Assembly: GCA_964391265.1 (NCBI GenBank)
Contig: CAYMLT010000001.1
Coordinates: 905-64,904, forward strand
Origin: an uncultured archaeon
GTDB lineage: Archaea; Asgardarchaeota; Thorarchaeia; Thorarchaeales; Thorarchaeaceae
DNA length: 64,000 nucleotides
Direction of reading: 5' to 3'
Shown: positions 19,757 to 29,742 of the stretch, piece by piece
Layout of the letters: the number at the start of each line of letters is the position of its first letter
Position numbering within the stretch: the first letter of the stretch is position 1
Translations under genes and position numbers: made by a program
The notes under the pieces: generated by a model
What the model was told of the DNA's origin: nothing
What the model saw: only the letters and a program-made list of their open reading frames with translations
The model's database searches: none

Positions 19757-20770
19757 TCATATTGAACATGGTAGCAAGTAGTCTGTGTTGCTTTCTCCCA
19801 AAACAAGCTGCAACCAGTTTCGACCATCACGATGGTTTACTTTCTCGAGTGTTCCTCTTGCAGTCGCACACATTCCTTCATGCACATGCTCAGTATACCG
19901 ACCTCTATAGCTTACTACACTCACAAGATCAGGAATCTCTTGGCATTTAACAATGTATTCACAGGGTGTAAATATCGCTTGTGTATCATCTAATACCTCG
20001 AATTTTAGAACACGTGTTCCTATAGATTCGAATCTAAGGTCATCATACGTGAATTCCATTTCCTCTGGAGTTTTTACTATTCGGATGAAAAATTCTTGAC
20101 TATCGAAAATCCCCTGAAGCAACTTATTGCTTTCAATGGATCTGAGTGTTTCCAAATCTGGATTATTTGAACCCCATCTAAACTGTGTATGTTGCAGTAA
20201 ATACTTCCCCGAATATCGTTCCAGCCCCCTAATCGTTTCACTGTTTTTCTCCAAACCTTGATACAGCATTTTGCCTGCGTTTTCGCCGTATACTACTAAA
20301 TCAATATCAGAACTCTCCGTTGCAAGACCAACAAGCTGTGATCCGGTAACACCAATTGAATTCCATGGAATCCCAAAAGCATCAACTATGGACTCTGCCA
20401 ATTCAATGGTCGTGTGTTGAAGATTACTCAGATGCCTGCCCCGGTCCCTAATCTGACCAAGTGCATCAATGGGATTTAATATGATATCTACACAATCGAG
20501 TGGTACTACTTGTAATACACGGTTGTGTCTATCATCAAAACTTAGATAGTGAGGGTAATTCTCTCTAAGGTAGACTTCACGGTCCTTCAACGGGTAGATT
20601 TTCTTGTATGCAATACCATCTTCCGATTTTCTATCACCAGATGTATCAATCACATACCGAAGATACGCTATGTATTGACGTTCGGGATGTAAATTCCCTT
20701 TAATTTCAAAAACCAAACTTTCGTTTGTTATGAGGAAGTAGCCTTCAATTGGATCGTCCATCAACTTCAT
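19757..20770 (-). CDS. Pol-beta-superfamily nucleotidyltransferase domain protein
   Basis: A central GSQLVGLATESSDIDLVVYG motif (GS-x9-DxD). N- and C-terminal domains are unknown. An internal GAACACGTGTTC palindrome lies at 20008-20019. Confidence 0.45.
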   Translation of the reverse strand: MKLMDDPIEGYFLITNESLVFEIKGNLHPERQYIAYLRYVIDTSGDRKSEDGIAYKKIYPLKDREVYLRENYPHYLSFDDRHNRVLQVVPLDCVDIILNPIDALGQIRDRGRHLSNLQHTTIELAESIVDAFGIPWNSIGVTGSQLVGLATESSDIDLVVYGENAGKMLYQGLEKNSETIRGLERYSGKYLLQHTQFRWGSNNPDLETLRSIESNKLLQGIFDSQEFFIRIVKTPEEMEFTYDDLRFESIGTRVLKFEVLDDTQAIFTPCEYIVKCQEIPDLVSVVSYRGRYTEHVHEGMCATARGTLEKVNHRDGRNWLQLVLGESNTDYLLPCSI

Positions 20771-20818
20771 CCTGTAAATCGTACACCATTACAATTAAAG
20801 GCCATTGTTTCCTTCCTA

Positions 20819-22039
20819 ATGTCCGAAGTGAAGGTTATGGATATCCGTGCTGACTTTGCAATACTTGAGAATAATCCCGAGTTAGCGTACTTTGATTCAG
20901 CAAGCACAACACTTGTACCCAAGGTTGCAGTGAATGCAGTTAATGATTTTCTAACTCACACAGTTGCATCTACAAGACGTGGTGCACACAGTATGGCGAC
21001 AAGAGGCGCCACTGCCGTTGAAAACGCAAGAAAAACTATGGCAAACTTCCTGAATTCTGAAACGTCCCAACTTTCATTCCAAAAGTCAATCCCGTCTGCA
21101 GTAGCATCATTTGCTTTTGGATACAATTGGTATCACAATAACAAAGATACCATAGTCATTGCAGAAAATGAAGAGCATTCCGTCTTGGTCACTTTGCAGA
21201 GAGTTGCACAGATTTTAAACTTGAAAATCAAAATAATCCCAATAAATGAAAATGGAAGACTCGAAATTGGGACCCTTACTGATTTGATTGATAAGAAAAC
21301 AGGTATTGTGGCGGTAGGTACGACGACAGTAGGATGGGGTGTCAATAATCCTGTTTCAGCCATATCAAAAATAGCACATGAGAATGAGGCAGTCGTCTTG
21401 TCTGATGTCAGTCGTTCCATAGCCTTCAGTGAGAAATTGCCTGAGCAAGAAGGAGTAGATATTGCTGTGTTTTCTGGCAATGTTGGACTTATGGGGCCTC
21501 CTGGATTGGCCGTCCAGTGGATTGGAAGTGCTCTTGGAAGCAATCATATACCTGGAATCTTGGGAGGTTCAAGTGTAACAAACGTTCAATCCACTGAATT
21601 CGAGTTGGCATTATTACCTGATAAGTTCGAATCAGGAACAATCAACGTTCCTGCGATTGTTGGACTTAATGCGGCCTTAAACTACCTAGAAGAGTTGCAT
21701 GCCAAATCTATACAAACTCACATGAGGAATATATCAACATATTTGCAAAAGCGTCTATCTGCGATTCCCGAAGTTGTGGTGTTCAACAATACCATTGAAG
21801 AAACAACAATCTTTGGTTTTAATTTGGGAAATGATGATGTCATTAGTTGTCACGATATCGCGTTGTTCCTAGACGAATCTGGCATAGCTGTACGGAGTGG
21901 TTTACTATGTGCTCACCCACTTGTGAAGAAAGTATCATCTGAGGGAATAATTCAAGCTTCGCTACATGCTTACAACACTCTAGAAGAAATTAATCGTCTT
22001 GCGGATAATCTGGAAATTATTGCAAAAGATCTTGTTTGA
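20819..22039 (+). CDS. Class V aminotransferase / cysteine desulfurase-like (SufS-type) protein, apparently lacking the PLP lysine
   Basis: Fold-type I PLP enzyme with a group II active-site loop RSGLLCAHPL. The position of the SGHK PLP-lysine motif reads FSGNVGLMGPPG, with no Lys. Confidence 0.6.
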   Translation: MSEVKVMDIRADFAILENNPELAYFDSASTTLVPKVAVNAVNDFLTHTVASTRRGAHSMATRGATAVENARKTMANFLNSETSQLSFQKSIPSAVASFAFGYNWYHNNKDTIVIAENEEHSVLVTLQRVAQILNLKIKIIPINENGRLEIGTLTDLIDKKTGIVAVGTTTVGWGVNNPVSAISKIAHENEAVVLSDVSRSIAFSEKLPEQEGVDIAVFSGNVGLMGPPGLAVQWIGSALGSNHIPGILGGSSVTNVQSTEFELALLPDKFESGTINVPAIVGLNAALNYLEELHAKSIQTHMRNISTYLQKRLSAIPEVVVFNNTIEETTIFGFNLGNDDVISCHDIALFLDESGIAVRSGLLCAHPLVKKVSSEGIIQASLHAYNTLEEINRLADNLEIIAKDLV

Positions 22040-22051
22040 TTATACACTCTG

Positions 22052-22321
22052 TTATAGGATAAATGCCGGAGGATATGTTACGAAATACTGGATGACAATA
22101 GCAAGCATTATGCCACTAAAAACAAGACCTTTTCCTCGCTTAGAATTCACCTCAGTGAACCATAAGATTGCACCGACCAACACTACAATTACTGCCGAAA
22201 TTCTGCCTATGAATATTAGAAACTCCCAGATTTCTGCAAAATATCCCGCAATGAGGTTAGCGAAATCGGTTAACGGTGTTTGAAGCATGTAGAACATTGG
22301 TTTCACACAATGAACTATCAC
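22052..22321 (-). CDS. Small membrane protein
   Basis: 89 aa, two hydrophobic segments. Confidence 0.25.
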   Translation of the reverse strand: MIVHCVKPMFYMLQTPLTDFANLIAGYFAEIWEFLIFIGRISAVIVVLVGAILWFTEVNSKRGKGLVFSGIMLAIVIQYFVTYPPAFIL

Positions 22322-22342
22322 TCGATAGACAATATAAGCCCC

Positions 22343-24175
22343 TCATAGTACAGTTACAGACTTTGCCAAATTTCGAGGTTTATCAGGATCATACCTTTTC
22401 CGCGTAGCCATATAGTAACTGAATAGTTGTAATGGGACAATATATGGCATAATGGAAAATTCTGCCTCAACACCATGTGGAATCGAAAAGAACTCATTTG
22501 AAAGGGATTCCAATTCGGTGTCTTCTTCTTCAATCACTGAAATTACTGAGGCACCCCTTGCTTTCATCTCCATTATATTACCTATCAACCTAGAACGAGT
22601 ATCATCGTTGGGAGCTACAAATACGACTGGATACCCATCTTCTACCAATGCGATGGGACCATGTTTTGATTCACCGGCGGAGTAGCCCTCCGCATGATTG
22701 TACGCGATCTCCTTAAGCTTTAAAGCACCCTCAAAAGCCGTCGCCATGGAAATTCCTCTTCCTAGAAACAACATACTTGGACTCGTATAATAATCTCCAG
22801 CGATGCGTCTTGCATTTGCCTCTTGGGTAGCAATTACATTCGAAACAATATCAGGCAATCTACCGAGGGCCTCTCTTTTTCGTGAGATTATTTCACTATC
22901 AATAAATGAACTGCGATATCCAGCTGCTAAGGCGATTTGAGCAAGAGAGGTTAGCTGAACCATGAAAGTCTTTGTGGCCGCTACGCCTATCTCAGGACCT
23001 GCCTGTGTAATTATTGTATGATCCGCTAGTCGCGTAATTGAGCTACCTACAACATTTGTTATGGCCAATATTTTAGAGCCTAGTTTTTTCGCATATTTGG
23101 CAGCAACTACGGTATCAGTAGTTTCACCTGATTGAGTGATTGCAACCACAAGGTCAGTATCATTGATTGCGCCATATACAGTATCTTGAAACTCACTTGC
23201 AAGTTCAAGTGAGGGAAGAGTGCCACTAAGAGAGGCTAACATATGCCGCCCAGCCAATGCTGCATGACCTGAAGTTCCCATTGCAAGAAAGTAGGTCTTG
23301 CCAGCATTCAGTATCAAGTCCGCAGCCTTGTCAATTGCCTCTTGCGGCAATCTCAATGTATTGCGGATAGCTTCTGGCTGCTCGTGAATTTCCTTCAGCA
23401 TAAAATGGGGAAATCCACCTTTTTGCGCTTGATCAGCTGTCCAGCTAATCTTGATAGTTTCTCGATTGACTTGTGAACCATCAGAGAGTTTCTCAAATTC
23501 GATGCCATCAAGTGTCAATGTTGCGATTTCTCCATCCAGTAATAGCATCATATTATTAGTCATGGGTAAAAATGCGGGGATATCAGACGACACATAGGAA
23601 GTTGACCCATTCCGCCCAATGACAAGAGGATTTCCATCTCGAGTTACAACTATTTTGTCAGGTTCATTGATACACATGGCCACTACCGCATACGTGCCCT
23701 CAATCCGCTTCGTAACATACTTCATCGCTTCTTTCAGTGACATTCCATCAGCGATACAATCCTCAATTAGATGAGGAATAACTTCTGTATCAGTTTCCGA
23801 ATCAAACTTATGTCCCTTAGATAGAAGCTCTTCTCTAAGCGCAAGAAAGTTATCAATCACACCATTATGTACTACCGCTATTTCATTATTACAATCAAAG
23901 TGAGGGTGCGAATTGTATAGCGATGGAATCCCATGAGTCGCCCATCTTGTATGTCCAATACCTATTCGGCCAGGTAAATCATCAAGATTGAGTTTCCTAT
24001 GCACATCATCAATCTTACCTTTATCCTTCTTCGAGTATAGTCTACCCATAGATATGGTGGTCACTCCTACAGAATCATACCCTCTATACTCTAATCTCTT
24101 CAATGCCTGATGAATGAAAGGCGCTACTTCTCCTTTCTCCTGTATGACTCCGATAATGCCACACATACTTTTCAA
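22343..24175 (-). CDS. glmS: Glutamine--fructose-6-phosphate aminotransferase
   Basis: N-terminal MCGIIG Ntn glutaminase domain and two SIS domains; 610 aa. Confidence 0.9.
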   Translation of the reverse strand: MKSMCGIIGVIQEKGEVAPFIHQALKRLEYRGYDSVGVTTISMGRLYSKKDKGKIDDVHRKLNLDDLPGRIGIGHTRWATHGIPSLYNSHPHFDCNNEIAVVHNGVIDNFLALREELLSKGHKFDSETDTEVIPHLIEDCIADGMSLKEAMKYVTKRIEGTYAVVAMCINEPDKIVVTRDGNPLVIGRNGSTSYVSSDIPAFLPMTNNMMLLLDGEIATLTLDGIEFEKLSDGSQVNRETIKISWTADQAQKGGFPHFMLKEIHEQPEAIRNTLRLPQEAIDKAADLILNAGKTYFLAMGTSGHAALAGRHMLASLSGTLPSLELASEFQDTVYGAINDTDLVVAITQSGETTDTVVAAKYAKKLGSKILAITNVVGSSITRLADHTIITQAGPEIGVAATKTFMVQLTSLAQIALAAGYRSSFIDSEIISRKREALGRLPDIVSNVIATQEANARRIAGDYYTSPSMLFLGRGISMATAFEGALKLKEIAYNHAEGYSAGESKHGPIALVEDGYPVVFVAPNDDTRSRLIGNIMEMKARGASVISVIEEEDTELESLSNEFFSIPHGVEAEFSIMPYIVPLQLFSYYMATRKRYDPDKPRNLAKSVTVL

Positions 24176-24257
24176 CTCACGTTCTATAGAATGGCATTGT
24201 TACCAACACTTCATCTCTAGAAAGAGTTTGTGTTAGGCTAATGAGTATGAAATTTAT

Positions 24258-24569
24258 TTATCCGGTCAACTCAATCTCAATATAGACTGAATCAGGAATT
24301 CTGACACGCATTATTTGACGAATTGCTCTTTCATCAGCATCGATATCAATAAGGCGTTTATGAACTCTCATTTCCCACTTATCCCAAGATTCAGACCCTT
24401 GTCCACAAGGTGTCTTTCGTGTGGGAATGACCATTCTACGAGTAGGCAGCGGAATAGGACCTGACATACGTACACCTGTTTTACGAGTAATTCTTCTAAT
24501 TTGATTACAAACGCCATCAAGGTGTTCTGTGCTCGTGCTGGATAGTCTAATTCTTGCTCTTTGGGTCAT
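24258..24569 (-). CDS. rps10: 30S ribosomal protein S10 (uS10)
   Basis: QRARIRL...GPIPLPT...RLIDI is a near-textbook archaeal uS10. Start trimmed to the second Met. Confidence 0.85.
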   Translation of the reverse strand: MTQRARIRLSSTSTEHLDGVCNQIRRITRKTGVRMSGPIPLPTRRMVIPTRKTPCGQGSESWDKWEMRVHKRLIDIDADERAIRQIMRVRIPDSVYIEIELTG

Positions 24570-24951
24570 CTTGGATCCCGCTCCGCTTCGGTAGGCGTTC
24601 AACCCAACGGAATTTGGTTTCGATAAAAACCTTGTCTTCTAACCTATTACCTTCAATTTGATGAATAAACATCAACAAGAAACTTCTGTTTCCGTCCCTC
24701 TCCTGCCAATGTCACGTCTTTTTCTTATACCAGAAGAAATACAAGAATTAGCAGGAGCATTGTCTGTCATCATCGAGATGGAATCCCTCCTACAGACCTA
24801 GCTTCTTTTTGTATTGGTACTAATCTATCCCATTAAACAGCAAAGAAAGAGAGAGTTCTCTCGGCATTTTGGAACGCGGGTCATTAACACGCATTTCGGT
24901 TTTATTAATGAAGAGCAATCTCCATAAGCAACATTCCTTATTTTCTATTCC

Positions 24952-25755
24952 GTGAGTCAATTGAACGAATTTGTACTGGTGAAACTTGGAGGCTCAGTAA
25001 TTACTAAGAAAGATATGGTCCCTCCAACAATCAACATACCTGAAGTTATTCGAATTGCGAAGGAAATTCAGGGATCAACAAAACCTTTGGTAATAGTATT
25101 GGGCGGTGGGGCATATGGGCATCAAGCGGCTCACAAATATGGATTTGAAAACGCTGATACTCCTGCATCTAGACTACTTTCAGGGATTCCAGCAATTAGA
25201 CATAATATGAACCTTCTATCAGGCGGAGTTGAAACTCTATTACAATCCGAAGGCGTTTCATCAGTTGTAATCCCTCCATTTCCTATAGTGAATCTTATCG
25301 ATGGTCAGATAGAACGATTTCCTCTAGAAATAATAACAAAGACACTGAACTCAGGCCACACAGTTATTACTCATGGAGATGTTTGTTACGATAGCACCAG
25401 AGGAGCATCCATACTGAGTGGGGATACAATAATAGCGTATCTTGCAAATCAGCTCAATGCAAGCAGTGTTTTTGTTGGAACCAACGTTGATGGTGTCTTA
25501 GATGCAAATCCAAATGAAAATCCATTCGCACAAATAATTCCAACTATTAGTGAAGGCAACAAGGAACAAGTCATTCGAGTAGCTGGTCCATCGAGTTCTA
25601 CAGACGTGACAGGAGGAATGGCGAAGAAGATACATGATCTTTTTCTAATATCGCAACAAGGAATAGAGGTAGCAATCTTCAATCTGTCCGTCCCAGGGCG
25701 CCTCGAGGGTCTTCTGAAAGGTGATCAAGTCATATGCACTCGGATTTTGGCTTAG
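24952..25755 (+). CDS. ipk: Isopentenyl phosphate kinase (amino-acid-kinase fold)
   Basis: LVKLGGSVITKKD...VLGGGAYGHQAA, the IPK pattern; 267 aa. Confidence 0.7.
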   Translation: MSQLNEFVLVKLGGSVITKKDMVPPTINIPEVIRIAKEIQGSTKPLVIVLGGGAYGHQAAHKYGFENADTPASRLLSGIPAIRHNMNLLSGGVETLLQSEGVSSVVIPPFPIVNLIDGQIERFPLEIITKTLNSGHTVITHGDVCYDSTRGASILSGDTIIAYLANQLNASSVFVGTNVDGVLDANPNENPFAQIIPTISEGNKEQVIRVAGPSSSTDVTGGMAKKIHDLFLISQQGIEVAIFNLSVPGRLEGLLKGDQVICTRILA

Positions 25756-28700
25756 ATTAGAATCGAAGCCAAATCATCATCCATAGTTTTCATAATCAAG
25801 TTTGAGGGCGTAACAACACTATCATCAAGATACTCTGATGCAGTAAGAATGCAAATCATTTCGGTAGACTCACAAGTTCTACAAGCAATTTCACTATGAA
25901 GCCTTAGCAGAGTATTCAATTCCTGCTGTGTTGGAAAAATCACATAGGATTTCTTATCCGCACAAAGGTCATAATAGCCATGTCCCTCGTGAACAACTGT
26001 TGCTCGTTTTTTGAGCTCATTCGTAAGTTCATGTATGGCTTGATCTTTCAGTTCTCTTAGTACTGCGGTATTGACAATCCATAGTCCCTCTTCAATGTCA
26101 ACTAGTCCCTTATCCTTCCCCATTCTTACAGCCACTAACATTTCATCTGCCAATAACTCAGTGAGCGCTCTCCTGCCCTCTTCAGCGTTCATGGGGGCTG
26201 CTCTTCCTTTTTTGGACTGCAATGCAGTTGTGTCAATAAATTCCAATAGTGCTTCCCAGACAACCTGTCCCTTCGAAATATCAACAAAATCTTGGATTAA
26301 CCCAAACCAAAGCCGCATTTGCACTGCACGACTAGTCGCTGGCCCCACATCATGTACCGCCTCTATTAAATCAACTCTCGTAGATTCGGGATCAGTATCA
26401 GACAAATCAAGAAAACCTTTCTCAGGAGCATATAGCCCCCCGCTCATGTCCATAATCAGTTTGTCTAGAGAACTTGGAAACGCAGACACAACCGAAACAG
26501 CCTCGAATTCTTCATGCTTGTCTAAAGTTTCTCTAAGTTTAGCTGCAGCAACACTACCTCGAATAATTACAATAAGTTCCTTAACACCATTTCGTAGATT
26601 TCTCATATGATGACGAATTACCTCTGCAACGGAATCGAAAGAAGATGCCTTCAGATGCTCTGGAATTATTATTATTGCGGAATCATCAACTAAGATATCC
26701 GGGCCATCTTGATCCTGATCATTGACCTGGCAGCTTTCTCCTAATCTATTTAGAAAATAATTGACAATAACCCTCTTGACCGCAGAAAGTCCCTTTCCCG
26801 AAGCTGAATATACAAACCCCCCTGGAACAAGAGGGATTGCTTCACGTTGGATTGTTGATAGTGAAACAAGGTCTCTAAGGATTTCTGTGGCATCAGCATC
26901 TGACATTTTTGAATCAAGGGATTTTAGAAAACCTAGGATATCTTCTTGAGTTGTGATTTCTTGTGATGCAAGAAGTGCTATGACGTGACTTGCAATTCCT
27001 CCAATTCTATCAAATACAGCTGGTTTCTCATTCTCCTCTTGAACTGAAATCAGCTTACTTTCACTAGTTAGAACGGATACCGGTTCAATAGCCCCAATGG
27101 ATTTGCTTTCCTCTGATGAGTGAGGAGCTGTTTCTTCAATGGAATCGATGTAATTTGAGATTATGAATGGATCTGTTTCAATTTCGAATGCATTACATTG
27201 TGGTATCAAAATAAGAGCTCGACCGCGTTGCATCGTTCTTAGATATTGTTCTTGACTTGGTTCTATTGACATAAAGCGTCCTCCAACTTGACTATCATAA
27301 GGAAGTCTGAATGTAATCTTAGTTGAGGTGTTTGCCAAGATATTAGTAGAAATGTTAGGGCGTGTGGAAACTACAATGACCCCTTGTCCAGTAGCTCGCT
27401 GAAGTATAACCATTGATTCTCCAGTCGTCACATCAGCAGCTGAATCTCTTGTGTAACTCTCGGGTACAAGGTTACTTGCCTCTTCAAGAACAACTACATG
27501 ATGAAGTCCTGGAATGATACCTCTTTTCATTGCCGAATCAAAAATTCGCTTTGCTACAAGATTGTAAAGTAATCTTGCAGAATCCATTCCACCTGTTCGA
27601 GAAACATAACGCAAATCAAATACAACACGCCTATCCATCAAGCTAGAGATACTGAAGGAATTCGGTCCTCCCCTAAGTATCGTCCCTAAGGGTTCTCTAG
27701 TCAATATCTCCAATCTATTTAGTAGTGCATCTCTCGTCATCTGTCCAACTCGATCATCCTTTGCAATGGAGTTTACCTTCTTTATCAAGAAATCCAATGA
27801 ATAACCATCTGTTTCATGGAGTGCGGTTGCTGTAACCGATTCACGGAGTAACTTTTCCATAGCTGGTGACAGCTCAGAAGAGCTATTTTCACGAAGCAAC
27901 TCTCGCAGAAGTACGAATGTAGAATGAGCTTGGTGAGAATCGTTTTCAAAATCAAAAAGGTCAATCACAAATGCTGGGTCTAGTCCTGGCCGTAGGATAA
28001 CCACATCACTCAATTTTTCCAAATCGGAATATTCTGAGCCTTTGACATCAAAAATCCACCATGGTACATTTGTTTTGGTTGAGAGCTCAGCTATTAGTTT
28101 TTTCACAAGTGTAGTTTTTCCTGTTCCGGTCGCTCCAAGAATGGCAATGTGTTCGCGTAACCAATCAATTTGTAAACCTACAGAACCAAGTCGCTTTTCT
28201 CCATATATTGCCCAACCTATTGGAATATCATTTTCAATATAATCACTAGATGGTATTTGGAAGAGTGGCCCTTCGGTAGAAGCAATAGCAGGCAGCTGTT
28301 GAACTGGCGTATTTACGTATGCAGCTAGCGTATTAGCATGCATTCTTTGTTTCTTGACATGCCGCCGCATAAGCAGTCTATAAGACATTCTTTGGCTTAT
28401 CGGCTTTTCCTGTATTGATAGTGAATCATCTCCTCCCCAAAGTGAGAGAAAAAGGCCTTTCACTCCCTCAAGACTCGACTGCAAATCTGCGGAATTTGTC
28501 CCTCTAACAACAAGATAGAGTGACGAATCAAACCAACCTGAATTCTCATTAATTTCCTCATACCGTCCAAGTAATGCTTTCTTTTCTGCTTGATCGGCTA
28601 GAGAATCGTCATTCGTCTTCTCCTTAGCTTTAATACTTCTCCACTTTCGTTCCATTGCCCTGCGTTCCTTGCCTGGCTTTGTTCTGGAAAATACAGTTGT

Positions 28701-29600
28701 TAATGACAACGAGTAACCTTGCCTAAGTGCTGTTGAGATGAAAGTACCTATCTGTGATGTTTTCTCCGTCGGAAACACTTTTGGAGTGCCATTAATCACT
28801 AGTATCGCTTCTTTCCCAAAATCACTTGGTGCCTTTTCTAAACTCTCAATTAGTGATGCGCCTATGGAAGATTGGATTACCTTTGATAATTCATCCTTTT
28901 TTGCTAGATTGACTTCCACTCTCTCAAGTGAAGCAAGAAGAATTGCTTCAGTTCTAGTTGCCTCTCTTCTAAGGACATCCTTGATTTCATCAGTGTGTTT
29001 TGCCGAAGTTGTTATGAAAATGCGAAGAAATGGTCTTCCAGACATTATTCCAACCTCATAGGCAAAACTGGTTCTCCTATCCATACCTGCACGTAACGCA
29101 AGCAACATAGCAGTGTTATACATTGGTTTATCCTCATACTCAATAACAGATCCTGCGGCTGTAGTTAGATTGAGGCAAACGAAACCCAATGTATGGTCAT
29201 AGATATTAAGAAACAAAAACTCATCATCCAGTACAATATCAATTCCTGCTTGAGATACGCTGTATTTTGTAATCGCACTACCTATGAGAAGTGGCAACAA
29301 ACACAGAAGAGATTCGACAAATAATCTATTTGGAATAAAGACAGAATATGTAGCACCAAATAGAGGCATCAGGTAAACGACCAATAGGTAGACACCACTG
29401 ACTATCATACATGTAATCCAACCAAGTCTGATTAGACTCACATGACGGTTACTTAAAGCGAAATAACCTGATTTATCTGATTCAGGTCTAATGCGAATCA
29501 TATCAAGATACCACGTATAGATGCACTGGAATGCTATGCTATAGTATACCATAACACACTGCACGAATTTGTTTCCCACTATCCCATATGAACTACCCAC
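25752..29600 (-). CDS. Membrane-anchored HerA/FtsK/VirB4-like P-loop ATPase with long unknown N- and C-terminal domains
   Basis: 1282 aa with about four N-terminal TM helices. Walker A ILGATGTGKTT, a DxKGE-like FDVKGSE motif and Walker B HVVVLEEASNL (HerA/VirB4-type). The roughly 480-aa C-terminal extension matches no motif I recognise. Confidence 0.55.
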   Translation of the reverse strand: MGSSYGIVGNKFVQCVMVYYSIAFQCIYTWYLDMIRIRPESDKSGYFALSNRHVSLIRLGWITCMIVSGVYLLVVYLMPLFGATYSVFIPNRLFVESLLCLLPLLIGSAITKYSVSQAGIDIVLDDEFLFLNIYDHTLGFVCLNLTTAAGSVIEYEDKPMYNTAMLLALRAGMDRRTSFAYEVGIMSGRPFLRIFITTSAKHTDEIKDVLRREATRTEAILLASLERVEVNLAKKDELSKVIQSSIGASLIESLEKAPSDFGKEAILVINGTPKVFPTEKTSQIGTFISTALRQGYSLSLTTVFSRTKPGKERRAMERKWRSIKAKEKTNDDSLADQAEKKALLGRYEEINENSGWFDSSLYLVVRGTNSADLQSSLEGVKGLFLSLWGGDDSLSIQEKPISQRMSYRLLMRRHVKKQRMHANTLAAYVNTPVQQLPAIASTEGPLFQIPSSDYIENDIPIGWAIYGEKRLGSVGLQIDWLREHIAILGATGTGKTTLVKKLIAELSTKTNVPWWIFDVKGSEYSDLEKLSDVVILRPGLDPAFVIDLFDFENDSHQAHSTFVLLRELLRENSSSELSPAMEKLLRESVTATALHETDGYSLDFLIKKVNSIAKDDRVGQMTRDALLNRLEILTREPLGTILRGGPNSFSISSLMDRRVVFDLRYVSRTGGMDSARLLYNLVAKRIFDSAMKRGIIPGLHHVVVLEEASNLVPESYTRDSAADVTTGESMVILQRATGQGVIVVSTRPNISTNILANTSTKITFRLPYDSQVGGRFMSIEPSQEQYLRTMQRGRALILIPQCNAFEIETDPFIISNYIDSIEETAPHSSEESKSIGAIEPVSVLTSESKLISVQEENEKPAVFDRIGGIASHVIALLASQEITTQEDILGFLKSLDSKMSDADATEILRDLVSLSTIQREAIPLVPGGFVYSASGKGLSAVKRVIVNYFLNRLGESCQVNDQDQDGPDILVDDSAIIIIPEHLKASSFDSVAEVIRHHMRNLRNGVKELIVIIRGSVAAAKLRETLDKHEEFEAVSVVSAFPSSLDKLIMDMSGGLYAPEKGFLDLSDTDPESTRVDLIEAVHDVGPATSRAVQMRLWFGLIQDFVDISKGQVVWEALLEFIDTTALQSKKGRAAPMNAEEGRRALTELLADEMLVAVRMGKDKGLVDIEEGLWIVNTAVLRELKDQAIHELTNELKKRATVVHEGHGYYDLCADKKSYVIFPTQQELNTLLRLHSEIACRTCESTEMICILTASEYLDDSVVTPSNLIMKTMDDDLASILI

Positions 29601-29742
29601 AGTTTTGGAATAATCTTCTATCCGAATCTATAGGAGATTAAAAGGAATTCAGGTTGACTCAAATAGGAAACACAAAACATGCTTCAGTTTCGCTCAGCCA
29701 TGAGACCATTCATTCCAACAATAGTCGCTAGGTGGTAAACTC

